Below are positions 38,960 through 47,654 of a stretch of DNA of 64,000 nt, piece by piece. The DNA comes from a virus. Position numbers and translations under genes: made by a program. The notes under the pieces were generated by a model. The model was not told the DNA's origin and ran no database searches. It saw nothing but the letters and a program-made list of their open reading frames with translations. The stretch is taken from positions 27,807-91,806 of the IMG/VR virus record IMGVR_UViG_3300031957_001651. One strand, given 5' to 3'. The stretch's first letter is position 1, and the number at the start of each line of letters is the position of its first letter.

Positions 38960-39533
38960 TATTCATACGCAATTTAAAACTGATAAGGGAACTGCTCATG
39001 ACTACATTGATTGGTATGAACAGACATTTTCTGATCGTAGAACTGATGAACTGAATGTTCTTGAGGTTGGTGTTCTATTTGGTGGTTCACTCAAGATGTG
39101 GGAGCACTACTTTGAAAATTCAAACATATATGGTGTAGAAGATTTTTCTCAAGAAGATGGTCAATGGCATTATCAGTATGAACCCGTAGATGGTGATGCC
39201 GTCATGGAAGATGTGAATAGTCATGAACGGATCACATTGTTTAACTTTGATTGTGAAAAAGAAGATAGCATTAAACAAAACTTTGGTGATCTAACATTTG
39301 ATATTATTATTGATGATGCTAATCACAAACTCACTCAACAGATGAAGAATGTTAATAATTATCTACCATACCTTCGTGATGGTGGCATTTACATTTGTGA
39401 GGATGTTCAAACTGCTGAAGGTGCAAAAGAACTCTGTGATTTTATTTCTGAGTTTTATCCTGGAGCACAAACTCATATCATCGAATGTGATCTAAACAAG
39501 AAATCAGACGATAGGTTAGTAGTAGTCGTATGA
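38946..39533 (+). CDS. Class I SAM-dependent (sugar O-)methyltransferase
   Basis: TDKGTAHDY, VLEVGV..GGSLKMW..YF, FDIIIDDANH, GGIYICED. Confidence 0.8.
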   Translation: MKLTDIHTQFKTDKGTAHDYIDWYEQTFSDRRTDELNVLEVGVLFGGSLKMWEHYFENSNIYGVEDFSQEDGQWHYQYEPVDGDAVMEDVNSHERITLFNFDCEKEDSIKQNFGDLTFDIIIDDANHKLTQQMKNVNNYLPYLRDGGIYICEDVQTAEGAKELCDFISEFYPGAQTHIIECDLNKKSDDRLVVVV

Positions 39534-40321
39534 GAGTTTTAAACATCTATTGTGATGGAGGTTTTGGCAACCGTTATGGAACTTTGCTTGGTGGACTTGC
39601 CGTAGCAAAATACCATAATATGCGTCCAGTGGTTGTCTGGAGAGACACTTCTGCGTGTCGTTTGCCATTCAACGAAATCTTTTTGTCTGATATAGATGTT
39701 ATTGATAGACCACTACAAGATTTTAGTGGTTGTATTCTCTTAATGCATGAAGATTTTATTCAGGGAAAACAGAATTATAATATTAACTCCTTTGGATCTA
39801 TTGAGAGTCTACCTTTATCTGATTGTGGAGTATATCTTTATAATAACAATTGGATTCCTGAATGGATTGATGAGAAATTAATTATTGAAGCAGGAAGACA
39901 GTTAAAGTTTATAGATAAAATTAAAAATTTCTGCGGTCAATATTGTAAGAAGCATAGTGTAACTTCATTTACAATTGGTATTCATTTGAGAGCAACAGAT
40001 TTTAATACTTATATCCCTAAGTTTGATAAGGAATATAAGTGGATAGAAGGACAACCAGAGGAAAAGTTTTTTGTCTTATCTGATGATCCAAATATTGAAA
40101 AGAAATTTAATAAACTTGATAATGTAGTCGTTCGTAGAAAAGAAAACTACGTTGAAAAGGAAAATAAAGATGCTGGTTGGTGTGGAAATGTAGAAAGAAC
40201 ATCTAAGAGTGTCCTGGATGCTTTGATAGACTTGACAATTCTTTCCAAAACAAATATTATGGTAAACTCACCCAGTTCATTTTTGAAAACTGCTTTGTTA
40301 TTACGCAAGATTAATGGATAA
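39530..40321 (+). CDS. Fucosyltransferase-like glycosyltransferase (GT11/NodZ-type)
   Basis: GGFGNR, GIHLRATD, FVLSDD, DLTILSK..SSF. Confidence 0.7.
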   Translation: MRVLNIYCDGGFGNRYGTLLGGLAVAKYHNMRPVVVWRDTSACRLPFNEIFLSDIDVIDRPLQDFSGCILLMHEDFIQGKQNYNINSFGSIESLPLSDCGVYLYNNNWIPEWIDEKLIIEAGRQLKFIDKIKNFCGQYCKKHSVTSFTIGIHLRATDFNTYIPKFDKEYKWIEGQPEEKFFVLSDDPNIEKKFNKLDNVVVRRKENYVEKENKDAGWCGNVERTSKSVLDALIDLTILSKTNIMVNSPSSFLKTALLLRKING

Positions 40322-41105
40322 AAATAAATCAACATTCAAACTTCAAGGTTTTGGTCCTATCTATTATCTCAATCTCGATGGTCAACCAGAGAGACGTGAG
40401 TTTATGGAGAACCAATTTAAGTATTGGGAAATTGAAAACTATGAACGTATCTCTGCATATGATGGTAGGGATGATGATCTGAGTGATATTTTGAAAGGTC
40501 GTTATCCTGAAAAGATGACACCTGGTGAGATTGGATGTGTTACATCACACCTGAAAGCAATCGGGCATTGGTTGGACACTTCCGATTCACCTTATGCAGT
40601 CTTTATGGAAGATGATTGTAGTCTTGACCTTGTAAGGTTTTGGCCATTTACTTGGAGAGACTTTTATTCACGTCTTCCTTATGATTGGGACTGCGTACAG
40701 ATTTCTATTATCTGTACTGGTGACATTCATGTCAGGCTTCACAAACGATTTGTGAACGATTTCTCAACTGCGTGTTATATTATGAATCGTCGGTATGCTG
40801 AGAAACTCATGCATTTCCACGTCAAGGGTGCCGACAAATATAAACTTGACAACGGTGTGAAACCACGTCCTGTTGCGGACGATCTTCTGTATAATGCAGG
40901 GAATACATATGCAATTCCTTTGCTTCTATACAGGACTGAGTTGGGTTCTTCTATTCATCCAGAACATGTGGATGTATTTCATAAGCAGAACTATCAATCT
41001 CAGTGGAACTTCTGGGAGACCTCTGGGTCTACTATGAGTCTTGCGGATATCGTGAACTATGATCCATACTTGGGTCGAGTCACCGAATCATCACAGCAGA
41101 CTTGA
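40314..41105 (+). CDS. Glycosyltransferase family 25
   Basis: YYLNLD..ERR, RISAYDG, GEIGCVTSH, FMEDD. Confidence 0.88.
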   Translation: MDKNKSTFKLQGFGPIYYLNLDGQPERREFMENQFKYWEIENYERISAYDGRDDDLSDILKGRYPEKMTPGEIGCVTSHLKAIGHWLDTSDSPYAVFMEDDCSLDLVRFWPFTWRDFYSRLPYDWDCVQISIICTGDIHVRLHKRFVNDFSTACYIMNRRYAEKLMHFHVKGADKYKLDNGVKPRPVADDLLYNAGNTYAIPLLLYRTELGSSIHPEHVDVFHKQNYQSQWNFWETSGSTMSLADIVNYDPYLGRVTESSQQT

Positions 41106-41130
41106 CAGAATTTTACCTTTCCTATATAAT
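41102..41130 (+). promoter_or_regulatory. Consensus sigma70 promoter of hli-petF operon
   Basis: TTGACA-17-TATAAT. Confidence 0.85.
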
Positions 41131-41133
41131 TAT

Positions 41134-41151
41134 GTTATAAATCTTTACATA
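41134..41151 (+). promoter_or_regulatory. HLR1-like (RpaB) direct repeat
   Basis: GTTATAAA-TC-TTTACATA versus consensus (G/T)TTACA(T/A)(T/A)-N2-repeat. Confidence 0.55.
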
Positions 41152-41156
41152 AAGAA

Positions 41157-41375
41157 ATGACTGTTACTACAAACGAACAGGGACAACAAAATCTGTTTGC
41201 CAAAGAACCACAAATGTATGTCTCTAAGACCGACGCAGAGCGTTACGGTTATGAGAGCTATGCAGAACGTGCAGAGAAACTAAACGGTCGTACTGCAATG
41301 TTGGGATTTGTGGCAGCAGTCATCTCATATGCTACATCTGGTAGTCTATTCTTCTTCGGAATGTTTGGATTTTGA
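41157..41375 (+). CDS. hli: High-light-inducible protein
   Basis: AEKLNGRTAMLGF. Confidence 0.92.
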   Translation: MTVTTNEQGQQNLFAKEPQMYVSKTDAERYGYESYAERAEKLNGRTAMLGFVAAVISYATSGSLFFFGMFGF

Positions 41376-41461
41376 TGACTGAGGTAATTTTCACACTCAT
41401 GACAGTAACTTTTTTCTGTCTTCTTGCATATTCTATAGAACAACTATCTGAAACTTACTAA
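41375..41461 (+). CDS. Small membrane peptide (28 aa)
   Basis: TGATG coupling; hydrophobic [19 protein letters not shown]. Confidence 0.55.
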   Translation: MTEVIFTLMTVTFFCLLAYSIEQLSETY

Positions 41462-41466
41462 AACTA

Positions 41467-41760
41467 ATGGCTTTTAATATTACATTTCGTACTCCTGATG
41501 GCACTGAACAACTTGTTCAGTGTGAGGATGACCAGTATATCCTAGATGCTGCTGAAGAAGCAGGTTTAGATATTAACTACTCATGCCGTGCTGGTGCTTG
41601 TTCATCTTGTGCTGGTAAAATTATCAGTGGTACTGTTGACCAATCAGATCAGTCCTTCTTAGATGATGATCAAATTGAATCTGGATTTGTACTCACTTGT
41701 GTTGCATATCCAACTTCTGATGTTACAATTGAAACTGAACAAGAGGAGAATCTCTACTGA
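41467..41760 (+). CDS. petF: Plant-type [2Fe-2S] ferredoxin
   Basis: [17 protein letters not shown]. Confidence 0.97.
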   Translation: MAFNITFRTPDGTEQLVQCEDDQYILDAAEEAGLDINYSCRAGACSSCAGKIISGTVDQSDQSFLDDDQIESGFVLTCVAYPTSDVTIETEQEENLY

Positions 41761-42113
41761 TGCACGGAAGTCTCGATCCAGATGAGTATGTTATGGAAAA
41801 CATTACCGAACCTTATTCTAGGTATCTAGAATTGTCTCAGGTTGATGAGATTAAACAACTCTTTGATAAGTATGGATGGGAAGCATCGGATAATATTGTA
41901 ATTGAAATGGCAGGAACTCAGGTTTCTGGTATTGATGTAGGTGAAGAGTATAACAAGAAGTGGCAATCACCTATTGGTACTCGTAAGTACAATAAAGACG
42001 CATTCGTTGTTATCAAAAATCTCTCACGAGATTCATTTGAGTCTTCTAAACCTATGGATAGGGAACATAAACCTCAACATCAATATGAACCAGTTAGTAA
42101 AACGAATGTCTAA
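41760..42113 (+). CDS. Conserved cyanophage hypothetical protein
   Basis: GTQVSGID..KWQSPIGTRKYNKDAF. Confidence 0.7.
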   Translation: MHGSLDPDEYVMENITEPYSRYLELSQVDEIKQLFDKYGWEASDNIVIEMAGTQVSGIDVGEEYNKKWQSPIGTRKYNKDAFVVIKNLSRDSFESSKPMDREHKPQHQYEPVSKTNV

Positions 42114-42255
42114 TCATAATCAACTCTATGAAGACATGGAGAAACTGAATGCCCTTTACGAAGAACTCTGTTGGGCACATGATGATGAACTAGTATTCAC
42201 ACATGAAAATGGCAGAGTCATTGTTTACAACAAAACACAGGAGCAAAACAAATGA
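42106..42255 (+). CDS. Small hypothetical protein (49 aa)
   Basis: LYEDMEKLNALYEELCW; overlaps both neighbours. Confidence 0.65.
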   Translation: MSNHNQLYEDMEKLNALYEELCWAHDDELVFTHENGRVIVYNKTQEQNK

Positions 42256-42359
42256 ACGAAAACGCAGAACGCATCAATGGTTGGGCAGCAATGATCGGAG
42301 TCGTTGCAGCAATGGGAGCATATGCCGTTAGTGGTCAAATTATTCCAGGTATTTGGTGA
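42252..42359 (+). CDS. hli: High-light-inducible protein (35 aa)
   Basis: MNENAERINGWAAMIG..GQIIPGIW; not in the ORF track. Confidence 0.93.
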   Translation: MNENAERINGWAAMIGVVAAMGAYAVSGQIIPGIW

Positions 42360-42401
42360 TATAAATATAGATATGTTTAGAACTGTACGGTTTTAGAAAT
42401 C

Positions 42402-43037
42402 ATGCCAACTTGGAGAGAGAAAAAAACAAACTTAGAAAACCATGCCATCGTAGACACTGGACTTGCTCTTCCGTTGGCACGTTTCATCTTCCGTGAAGAT
42501 GGAGAGTTTGTAGAGAGAACTACAAGGGATCTCTTTAGGGATAAAAGAGTTGTTCTCTTCGGACTTCCTGGTGCTTTCACTCCCACTTGTAGTTCAAATC
42601 AGGTTCCTGATTTTGAGGAAGCATATGACGAGATCATTGCTGCAGGTGTTGATGAAGTATACTGTATTAGTATGAATGATGCATTTGTTATGAATGCCTG
42701 GAGAGAGAGTCTCGGTGTTAATAAGGTTAAGTTTATTCCTGATGGTAACGGATTCTTTACTCGACAAATTGGAAAGAATGTGTTCAAGTCAAATCTTGGA
42801 TTTGGAGTTAGATCCTGGAGATATTCTGCAATAATTGATTCTGATCAATTTGAAGTTATCTTTAGTGAGGAAGGTCAATCTGATAACTGCACATCAGATC
42901 CATATGAAATGACAAAACCAGGAAAGATTCTTCAGTATTTGAAGGACGTTCCTAGAAGTGTTCATCCAGAGGATGAAGAATCTCAGAAAGAACTTAACGA
43001 ACTGGAATCAATTGAAAGAGATCTTTTCTTGAGATAA
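42402..43037 (+). CDS. Peroxiredoxin (Prx5/type II)
   Basis: LPGAFTPTCS, NDAFVMNAW, DGNG, RSWRYS; TATAAATA at 42360. Confidence 0.9.
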   Translation: MPTWREKKTNLENHAIVDTGLALPLARFIFREDGEFVERTTRDLFRDKRVVLFGLPGAFTPTCSSNQVPDFEEAYDEIIAAGVDEVYCISMNDAFVMNAWRESLGVNKVKFIPDGNGFFTRQIGKNVFKSNLGFGVRSWRYSAIIDSDQFEVIFSEEGQSDNCTSDPYEMTKPGKILQYLKDVPRSVHPEDEESQKELNELESIERDLFLR

Positions 43038-43153
43038 TTTTCTGTTGACCACAACTGAATAATGTGCTATTATAAGGGACCACCGTCAAAAGTGGTCCCT
43101 GTGCTGTATGAGAAGTAAACCTTCTGTAACGGATGTCGAGTTCACTGAATTTA

Positions 43154-43744
43154 ATGATTAACAAAATTCTGCCACTTGCGTTGGCGACAATTATCCCATC
43201 TACGGGTTGTGCTTCTACTTATAGTAATATGAAAGAAGTTACTCCTCCTCCTGTGGTAGAAGTTCCTACAATACAGTATGAACTTACATGGAAGTGTGAA
43301 GATTGTACCCCAGAGGAACAGTATGTGCTTGAAGAACTTCAGGAACAAACTAAAATCGCTGATCGTAATGCCCTTGCTACGATCATGGGTAATATTAAAC
43401 AAGAGAGTAAGTTCATCTCCAACATCTGTGAAGGTGGTGCTCGTGTCTCTTATACTGAATGTAAGGTTGGTGGATATGGTTTGATCCAGTGGACTAGTAT
43501 TGGACGTTACAAGGGTCTTGGAAACTTCTGTGCCAAGTATATCTGTGATCCTAGTAGTCTGGAAGGTCAGACTCGGTGGATGATTAACGAACCTATCTTC
43601 CAAAAAGTCCTTCCACAATTTGAAGGTGGTGGCCAAACTGTATCTTACTACATGAAACCCGCATACTACTGGTTGGGATGGGGAATCAAAGGTAATAGGG
43701 AATTGTATGCATATGACTATACTAAGAAACTTGTTCTTGCTTGA
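43154..43744 (+). CDS. Phage lysozyme-like / cell wall hydrolase with signal peptide
   Basis: IMGNIKQES, GYGLIQWT; N-terminal hydrophobic segment with possible lipobox Cys. Confidence 0.7.
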   Translation: MINKILPLALATIIPSTGCASTYSNMKEVTPPPVVEVPTIQYELTWKCEDCTPEEQYVLEELQEQTKIADRNALATIMGNIKQESKFISNICEGGARVSYTECKVGGYGLIQWTSIGRYKGLGNFCAKYICDPSSLEGQTRWMINEPIFQKVLPQFEGGGQTVSYYMKPAYYWLGWGIKGNRELYAYDYTKKLVLA

Positions 43745-43774
43745 CAAGACTAGAAAAGTCTGATAGTATAAATA
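43741..43774 (+). promoter_or_regulatory. Overlapping sigma70 (TTGACA-17-TAGTAT) and late (TATAAATA) promoters
   Basis: Direct reading. Confidence 0.7.
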
Positions 43775-43879
43775 AACATTCATAAGGCACTTGCTTTACG
43801 AACTGTAACAAACGAAGACAAGTCGAGTCTTCTATCATCTGTGGGTTAAACTCCACAAGTAAAAAAGGTATTAAACAAA

Positions 43880-44251
43880 ATGATCAAATCTGTATTCGCA
43901 GCAACTGCTGCTCTGTCCGTATCTGCTGGTGCGGCATTTGCTGGACCCTACGTCAACGTCGAAGCAAACTCAGGTTGGACTGGTTCTGACTACTCGGGAA
44001 CCGCAACTGACCTTCACGTAGGTTACGAAGGAGAACTCGGTGAGAGTGCTTCTTACTATGTACAGGGTGGTGCTACTGTCGTCTCTCCTGATGGTGCTGA
44101 AAGTGACACTGTTCCTTCTGGTAAGGCAGGTCTCGGTCTTGCATTGACTGATGCTCTTGGTGCATATGGTGAAGTTTCCTTCGTCGGTTCAGGTGATTCC
44201 GATATCGATCGTGGATACGGTGCTAAGTTGGGTGTCAAGTACTCTTTCTGA
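43880..44251 (+). CDS. Outer-membrane beta-barrel-like protein with signal peptide
   Basis: Signal ..AFAGPYV; alternating beta pattern; C-terminal KYSF. Confidence 0.75.
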   Translation: MIKSVFAATAALSVSAGAAFAGPYVNVEANSGWTGSDYSGTATDLHVGYEGELGESASYYVQGGATVVSPDGAESDTVPSGKAGLGLALTDALGAYGEVSFVGSGDSDIDRGYGAKLGVKYSF

Positions 44252-44277
44252 TATCTAATATAAACATCTAGATGTTC

Positions 44278-44307
44278 GGAGATCCTGACGAGGGTCTCCT
44301 TTTTTTT
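44278..44307 (+). terminator. Rho-independent terminator
   Basis: GGAGATCCT/AGGGTCTCC plus T8. Confidence 0.85.
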
Positions 44308-44365
44308 ATGCTTTGGTTTAGGGATGATTAACATTAGTATAACCCACTCTATATACCTAGGTTTG

Positions 44366-44420
44366 CTTTAAGTCAAGTTAACTTGATCTTAAAGACAGAT
44401 CTGAAAGGATCTGTTATAAT
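44366..44420 (+). promoter_or_regulatory. Pho box-like TTAA repeats plus -10 TATAAT
   Basis: TTAA at 44368, 44378, 44389; TGTTATAAT with no consensus -35; upstream of pstS. Confidence 0.7.
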
Positions 44421-44450
44421 AACCAAGTAATCACATTACACAAAAAACAA

Positions 44451-44810
44451 ATGAAAGCATTCGCAGTTGCCCTGCTCGGTTTGGCGGTCTCCGCACCCGC
44501 AGCAATGGCAGGTCCATATGTAGAGTCCAAGCACGAGTTCAAAGGAACTGATGAGGACTTCTCCAAAGCAGTCCATCAAGGTCGTGTAGGATATGAATGG
44601 AAACTTGGTCGTGCCACTCCATATATTGAAGGTGGTCTTGGCGTCACTCAACCAGACGCTGGTGATCAGGAAACCTTTAAGGCACTTGAAATCGGTAGTA
44701 AAGTAAAGATCACTGATAGTTTCAGTGCTTATGGTAAGTATGAGAACATCTTCCAAGATGATTCTACCCGTGATTGGAAAGTAGAAGTCGGCACCAAGTA
44801 TAAGTTCTGA
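44451..44810 (+). CDS. Outer-membrane beta-barrel-like protein upstream of pstS
   Basis: Signal ..AMAGPYV; C-terminal KYKF; paralog-like to 43880. Confidence 0.75.
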   Translation: MKAFAVALLGLAVSAPAAMAGPYVESKHEFKGTDEDFSKAVHQGRVGYEWKLGRATPYIEGGLGVTQPDAGDQETFKALEIGSKVKITDSFSAYGKYENIFQDDSTRDWKVEVGTKYKF

Positions 44811-44819
44811 TAACTGATT

Positions 44820-45782
44820 ATGAAACTCAAAGCAATCGCAGCAGTTGTTGCTGCCACTCCACTGATGGTGGCATGTGGATCCGCAGAACAGACTACATTC
44901 AGACTTGATGGAGCAGGTGCTACATTCCCTGCTCCTCTTTATAATTCATGGTTCCAAGCATTTAATAAAGATACTGGCAATCAAGTAAACTATCAAGCAG
45001 TTGGTAGTGGATCTGGTGTCCGTCAGTATGTTGCTAAGACTGTTGACTTCGGTGCCAGTGATGGTGCTGTAAGTGATGAGAAGCAAACCATTCCAATGGT
45101 CCACATTCCTATGACTGGTGGTGCTATTGTTCCTGCTTACAATATGCCTGGTTGTGATGTCAAGATGACACAGACACAACTTGCTGATGTATATCTTGGT
45201 AAGATCACTAACTGGTCTACCTTTGGATGTGAAAGTAAAACTATCGTTCCTGTATTCCGTTCTGATGGTAGTGGCACCACAAAAGGTTTCACTAACTCAC
45301 TATCAGCATTCTCACCCGAATGGAAAGAGAATGTTGGCACAGGTAAGGCAGTAAAGTGGCCTGCTGGTGTTGGTGGTAAAGGTAACTCTGGTGTTGCCGC
45401 ACAAGTTAAACAGGTTCCTGGTTCCATTGGTTATCTGAACTATGGTTATGTGAATGGTGATAAGTTTCAACAAGTATCACTACAAAACAAAGCAGGTAAC
45501 TATGTCAAAGCAAATGCTGAAACATCTGCGGCAGGTCTATCGAGAATCATCCTTGACGATCAGCTTCGTGGTGCTGACGCTAACCCTGCTGGTGCCAATG
45601 CATACCCTATTGTCTCTCTTACTTGGATTCTTGCTTACCCTGAATCCAAACCAGGAGTAAAAGAGACTCTTCGTTATATGTTGAGTGAGAAGGCACAGGC
45701 AATGTCTGATAGTCTTGGTTATGTTCCTCTTCCTGAGGACCTGAGACAGAAAGCACTTGCTGCTGTCGAAACACTGCGGTAA
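44820..45782 (+). CDS. pstS: Phosphate ABC transporter substrate-binding lipoprotein
   Basis: Lipobox MVAC, GAGATFPAP, GSGSG, DFGASD, RSDGSGTT. Confidence 0.97.
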   Translation: MKLKAIAAVVAATPLMVACGSAEQTTFRLDGAGATFPAPLYNSWFQAFNKDTGNQVNYQAVGSGSGVRQYVAKTVDFGASDGAVSDEKQTIPMVHIPMTGGAIVPAYNMPGCDVKMTQTQLADVYLGKITNWSTFGCESKTIVPVFRSDGSGTTKGFTNSLSAFSPEWKENVGTGKAVKWPAGVGGKGNSGVAAQVKQVPGSIGYLNYGYVNGDKFQQVSLQNKAGNYVKANAETSAAGLSRIILDDQLRGADANPAGANAYPIVSLTWILAYPESKPGVKETLRYMLSEKAQAMSDSLGYVPLPEDLRQKALAAVETLR

Positions 45783-45794
45783 GTTTTGCTGCTG

Positions 45795-45847
45795 TTGACA
45801 GTATTAAATAGTATGAGTATAATGGGGGACGACAGTCCCCTTTTTTT
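45795..45847 (+). terminator. Terminator overlapped by consensus sigma70 promoter
   Basis: TTGACA-17-TATAAT, then GGGGAC/GTCCCC plus T7. Confidence 0.8.
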
Positions 45848-45988
45848 ATGAAAAAGAAAGAAATTCTGGATCAAGTCGAATTGCTTAAACATAGAATTGA
45901 TATCCTGGAATCAGACCATTTAAAAATTTTTAAGAAGTATGCTAAATTAGAATCTGAATTTGAAATCTTAAAACAAGAAAAGGATTAA
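45848..45988 (+). CDS. Small coiled-coil hypothetical protein (46 aa)
   Basis: Read from sequence. Confidence 0.55.
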   Translation: MKKKEILDQVELLKHRIDILESDHLKIFKKYAKLESEFEILKQEKD

Positions 45989-46037
45989 TTGATTACTAAT
46001 GATGGCGATATATACTAATGAAGGATGATTCTTTATT

Positions 46038-46322
46038 ATGTCCGAGTTCCCAAAAGACTGGAGATACGCTGATGACCGTATGCAAATGCGAGCAGCAGTA
46101 TTTCGTGCTCTAAGTCACCATTTAGAAGACCACTGCCGTGCAGTATATGAATTTTGTCATGACTGGGTGAGTCAAGGTAATACAAACACAAACAACATTG
46201 AATTTTATTTTCAAAAATATTTGAAGGAGACACATGATGAAAAGGTTTACAAACTTGAAAAGTGCCTTGAGCTCAATCCTAATTGGTACTTGCCTATTAG
46301 GGATGACTCCAGTTCAGGCTGA
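46038..46322 (+). CDS. Hypothetical protein
   Basis: DWRY..VYEFCHDWV. Confidence 0.65.
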   Translation: MSEFPKDWRYADDRMQMRAAVFRALSHHLEDHCRAVYEFCHDWVSQGNTNTNNIEFYFQKYLKETHDEKVYKLEKCLELNPNWYLPIRDDSSSG

Positions 46323-46929
46323 AGAAGAACTGACGCAAGGTTACTACAGTATGGATGCAATGGGATGTATGTTACTGGGAGAATGTACTGATGGAGTCGA
46401 AGAGGTCAATAGTCTTTTGGATATTTCTAGTCAGTATCCTAATACTGATTCTTTTTATCCTGTTGCTCTTGAGTTCAACTCAATGCTCGTTGCCCTTAAC
46501 CAAATCGGAGTTAAGGTGTTTCTAGCACCAGAGAAGTATTTTCCAGTAGGTCATCGTGGTGTCTATCATACTGTGAGTAATAACTTTTTCTTGAACAAAA
46601 CATTTATGGGTCGTCCTAATGTATTGATGAGTGTGATGCGACATGAAGGATGGCACGCTGCACAAGATTGTATGGCAGGTACTATTGATAACAGCATGAT
46701 TGCTATTATTAAACCTGAGGAAGAAGTTCCTATGATGTGGCAAGAGTTGGTTAATAGAACATATCCACCTGCTGCAAGACCATGGGAAAGAGAAGCAACC
46801 TGGGCAGGTAAAACTGAAGGTATGACTCAAGCAGCACTAGAATCTTGTGCAGCAGGAACTATGTGGACTGACTATGATCCAACTCCATTGACTCGTAAAT
46901 ATCTTGTGGAAAAAGGTTACATTAAATAA
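46234..46929 (+). CDS. Secreted zinc metalloprotease-like protein
   Basis: Signal peptide; HEGWH (HExxH) plus downstream WEREA. Confidence 0.65.
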   Translation: MMKRFTNLKSALSSILIGTCLLGMTPVQAEEELTQGYYSMDAMGCMLLGECTDGVEEVNSLLDISSQYPNTDSFYPVALEFNSMLVALNQIGVKVFLAPEKYFPVGHRGVYHTVSNNFFLNKTFMGRPNVLMSVMRHEGWHAAQDCMAGTIDNSMIAIIKPEEEVPMMWQELVNRTYPPAARPWEREATWAGKTEGMTQAALESCAAGTMWTDYDPTPLTRKYLVEKGYIK

Positions 46930-46953
46930 ATAAAAGAGCCTTGCTCTTTACTC

Positions 46954-47244
46954 ATGGAATCAAATCCAAAGAAGAAAGAGGAAACCAAAAAGGAAAATAA
47001 ATTTGAGTGGGCGGATGAGGGTGTATCAACTCTCGTCCGAGTTATCATACTTGGATGGTCAGCAGCAATTCTGACCCTTAATTATGTAACTGTTCCTGGT
47101 ATTCCTCAGAAAAATATTGATCCAACTTTTATCGCCAGTGTCTTTACTGGGACGTTAGCTACTTTTGGTGTCATGCCTTCTAAGAAGAAGGAAGAACCAA
47201 AACAAGCACCTACGTTGGAGAAGAAAGATAAACAAATTGATTGA
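46954..47244 (+). CDS. Small two-TM membrane protein
   Basis: Two hydrophobic segments, charged termini; AATAAATA at 46925. Confidence 0.7.
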   Translation: MESNPKKKEETKKENKFEWADEGVSTLVRVIILGWSAAILTLNYVTVPGIPQKNIDPTFIASVFTGTLATFGVMPSKKKEEPKQAPTLEKKDKQID

Positions 47245-47324
47245 CCTAATAAGTTAGGAAGTCCAAACAAATGGTTGATTTATAAGGAATAATCTCCTAT
47301 AGATAGTGTAGTCGCAAGAGAAAT

Positions 47325-47648
47325 ATGAAATTCTTCTTCGCATTTTTGGCTACACTATTTTTTGCGCTTCCTGTCTGGGCAGTGGATGTATCAATGGGTT
47401 CTGGTGGCAACCTAGTATTTGAACCTAATGAGATTACAATATCTGCGGGTGACACAGTTCACTTCATCAATGAAGCACTACCTCCTCACAATATTATTGT
47501 AGAGGGTCGTGCAGATCTCTCTAGAGAAGCATTGTTATTTGCTCCTGGAGAAACACAGGACGTTGTATTTGCTGATAAAGGTGACTATAATTATTTCTGT
47601 GGTCCTCATCAGGGCGCAGGTATGACTGGTGTAATTCACGTAAATTGA
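47325..47648 (+). CDS. petE: Plastocyanin
   Basis: Signal peptide; PHN; YFCGPHQGAGM. Confidence 0.95.
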   Translation: MKFFFAFLATLFFALPVWAVDVSMGSGGNLVFEPNEITISAGDTVHFINEALPPHNIIVEGRADLSREALLFAPGETQDVVFADKGDYNYFCGPHQGAGMTGVIHVN

Positions 47649-47654
47649 TTTAAA

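Noticed and set aside
43151-43783. 210-aa minus-strand ORF
   Set aside because: Antisense shadow of the lysozyme-like gene; no recognisable motifs.
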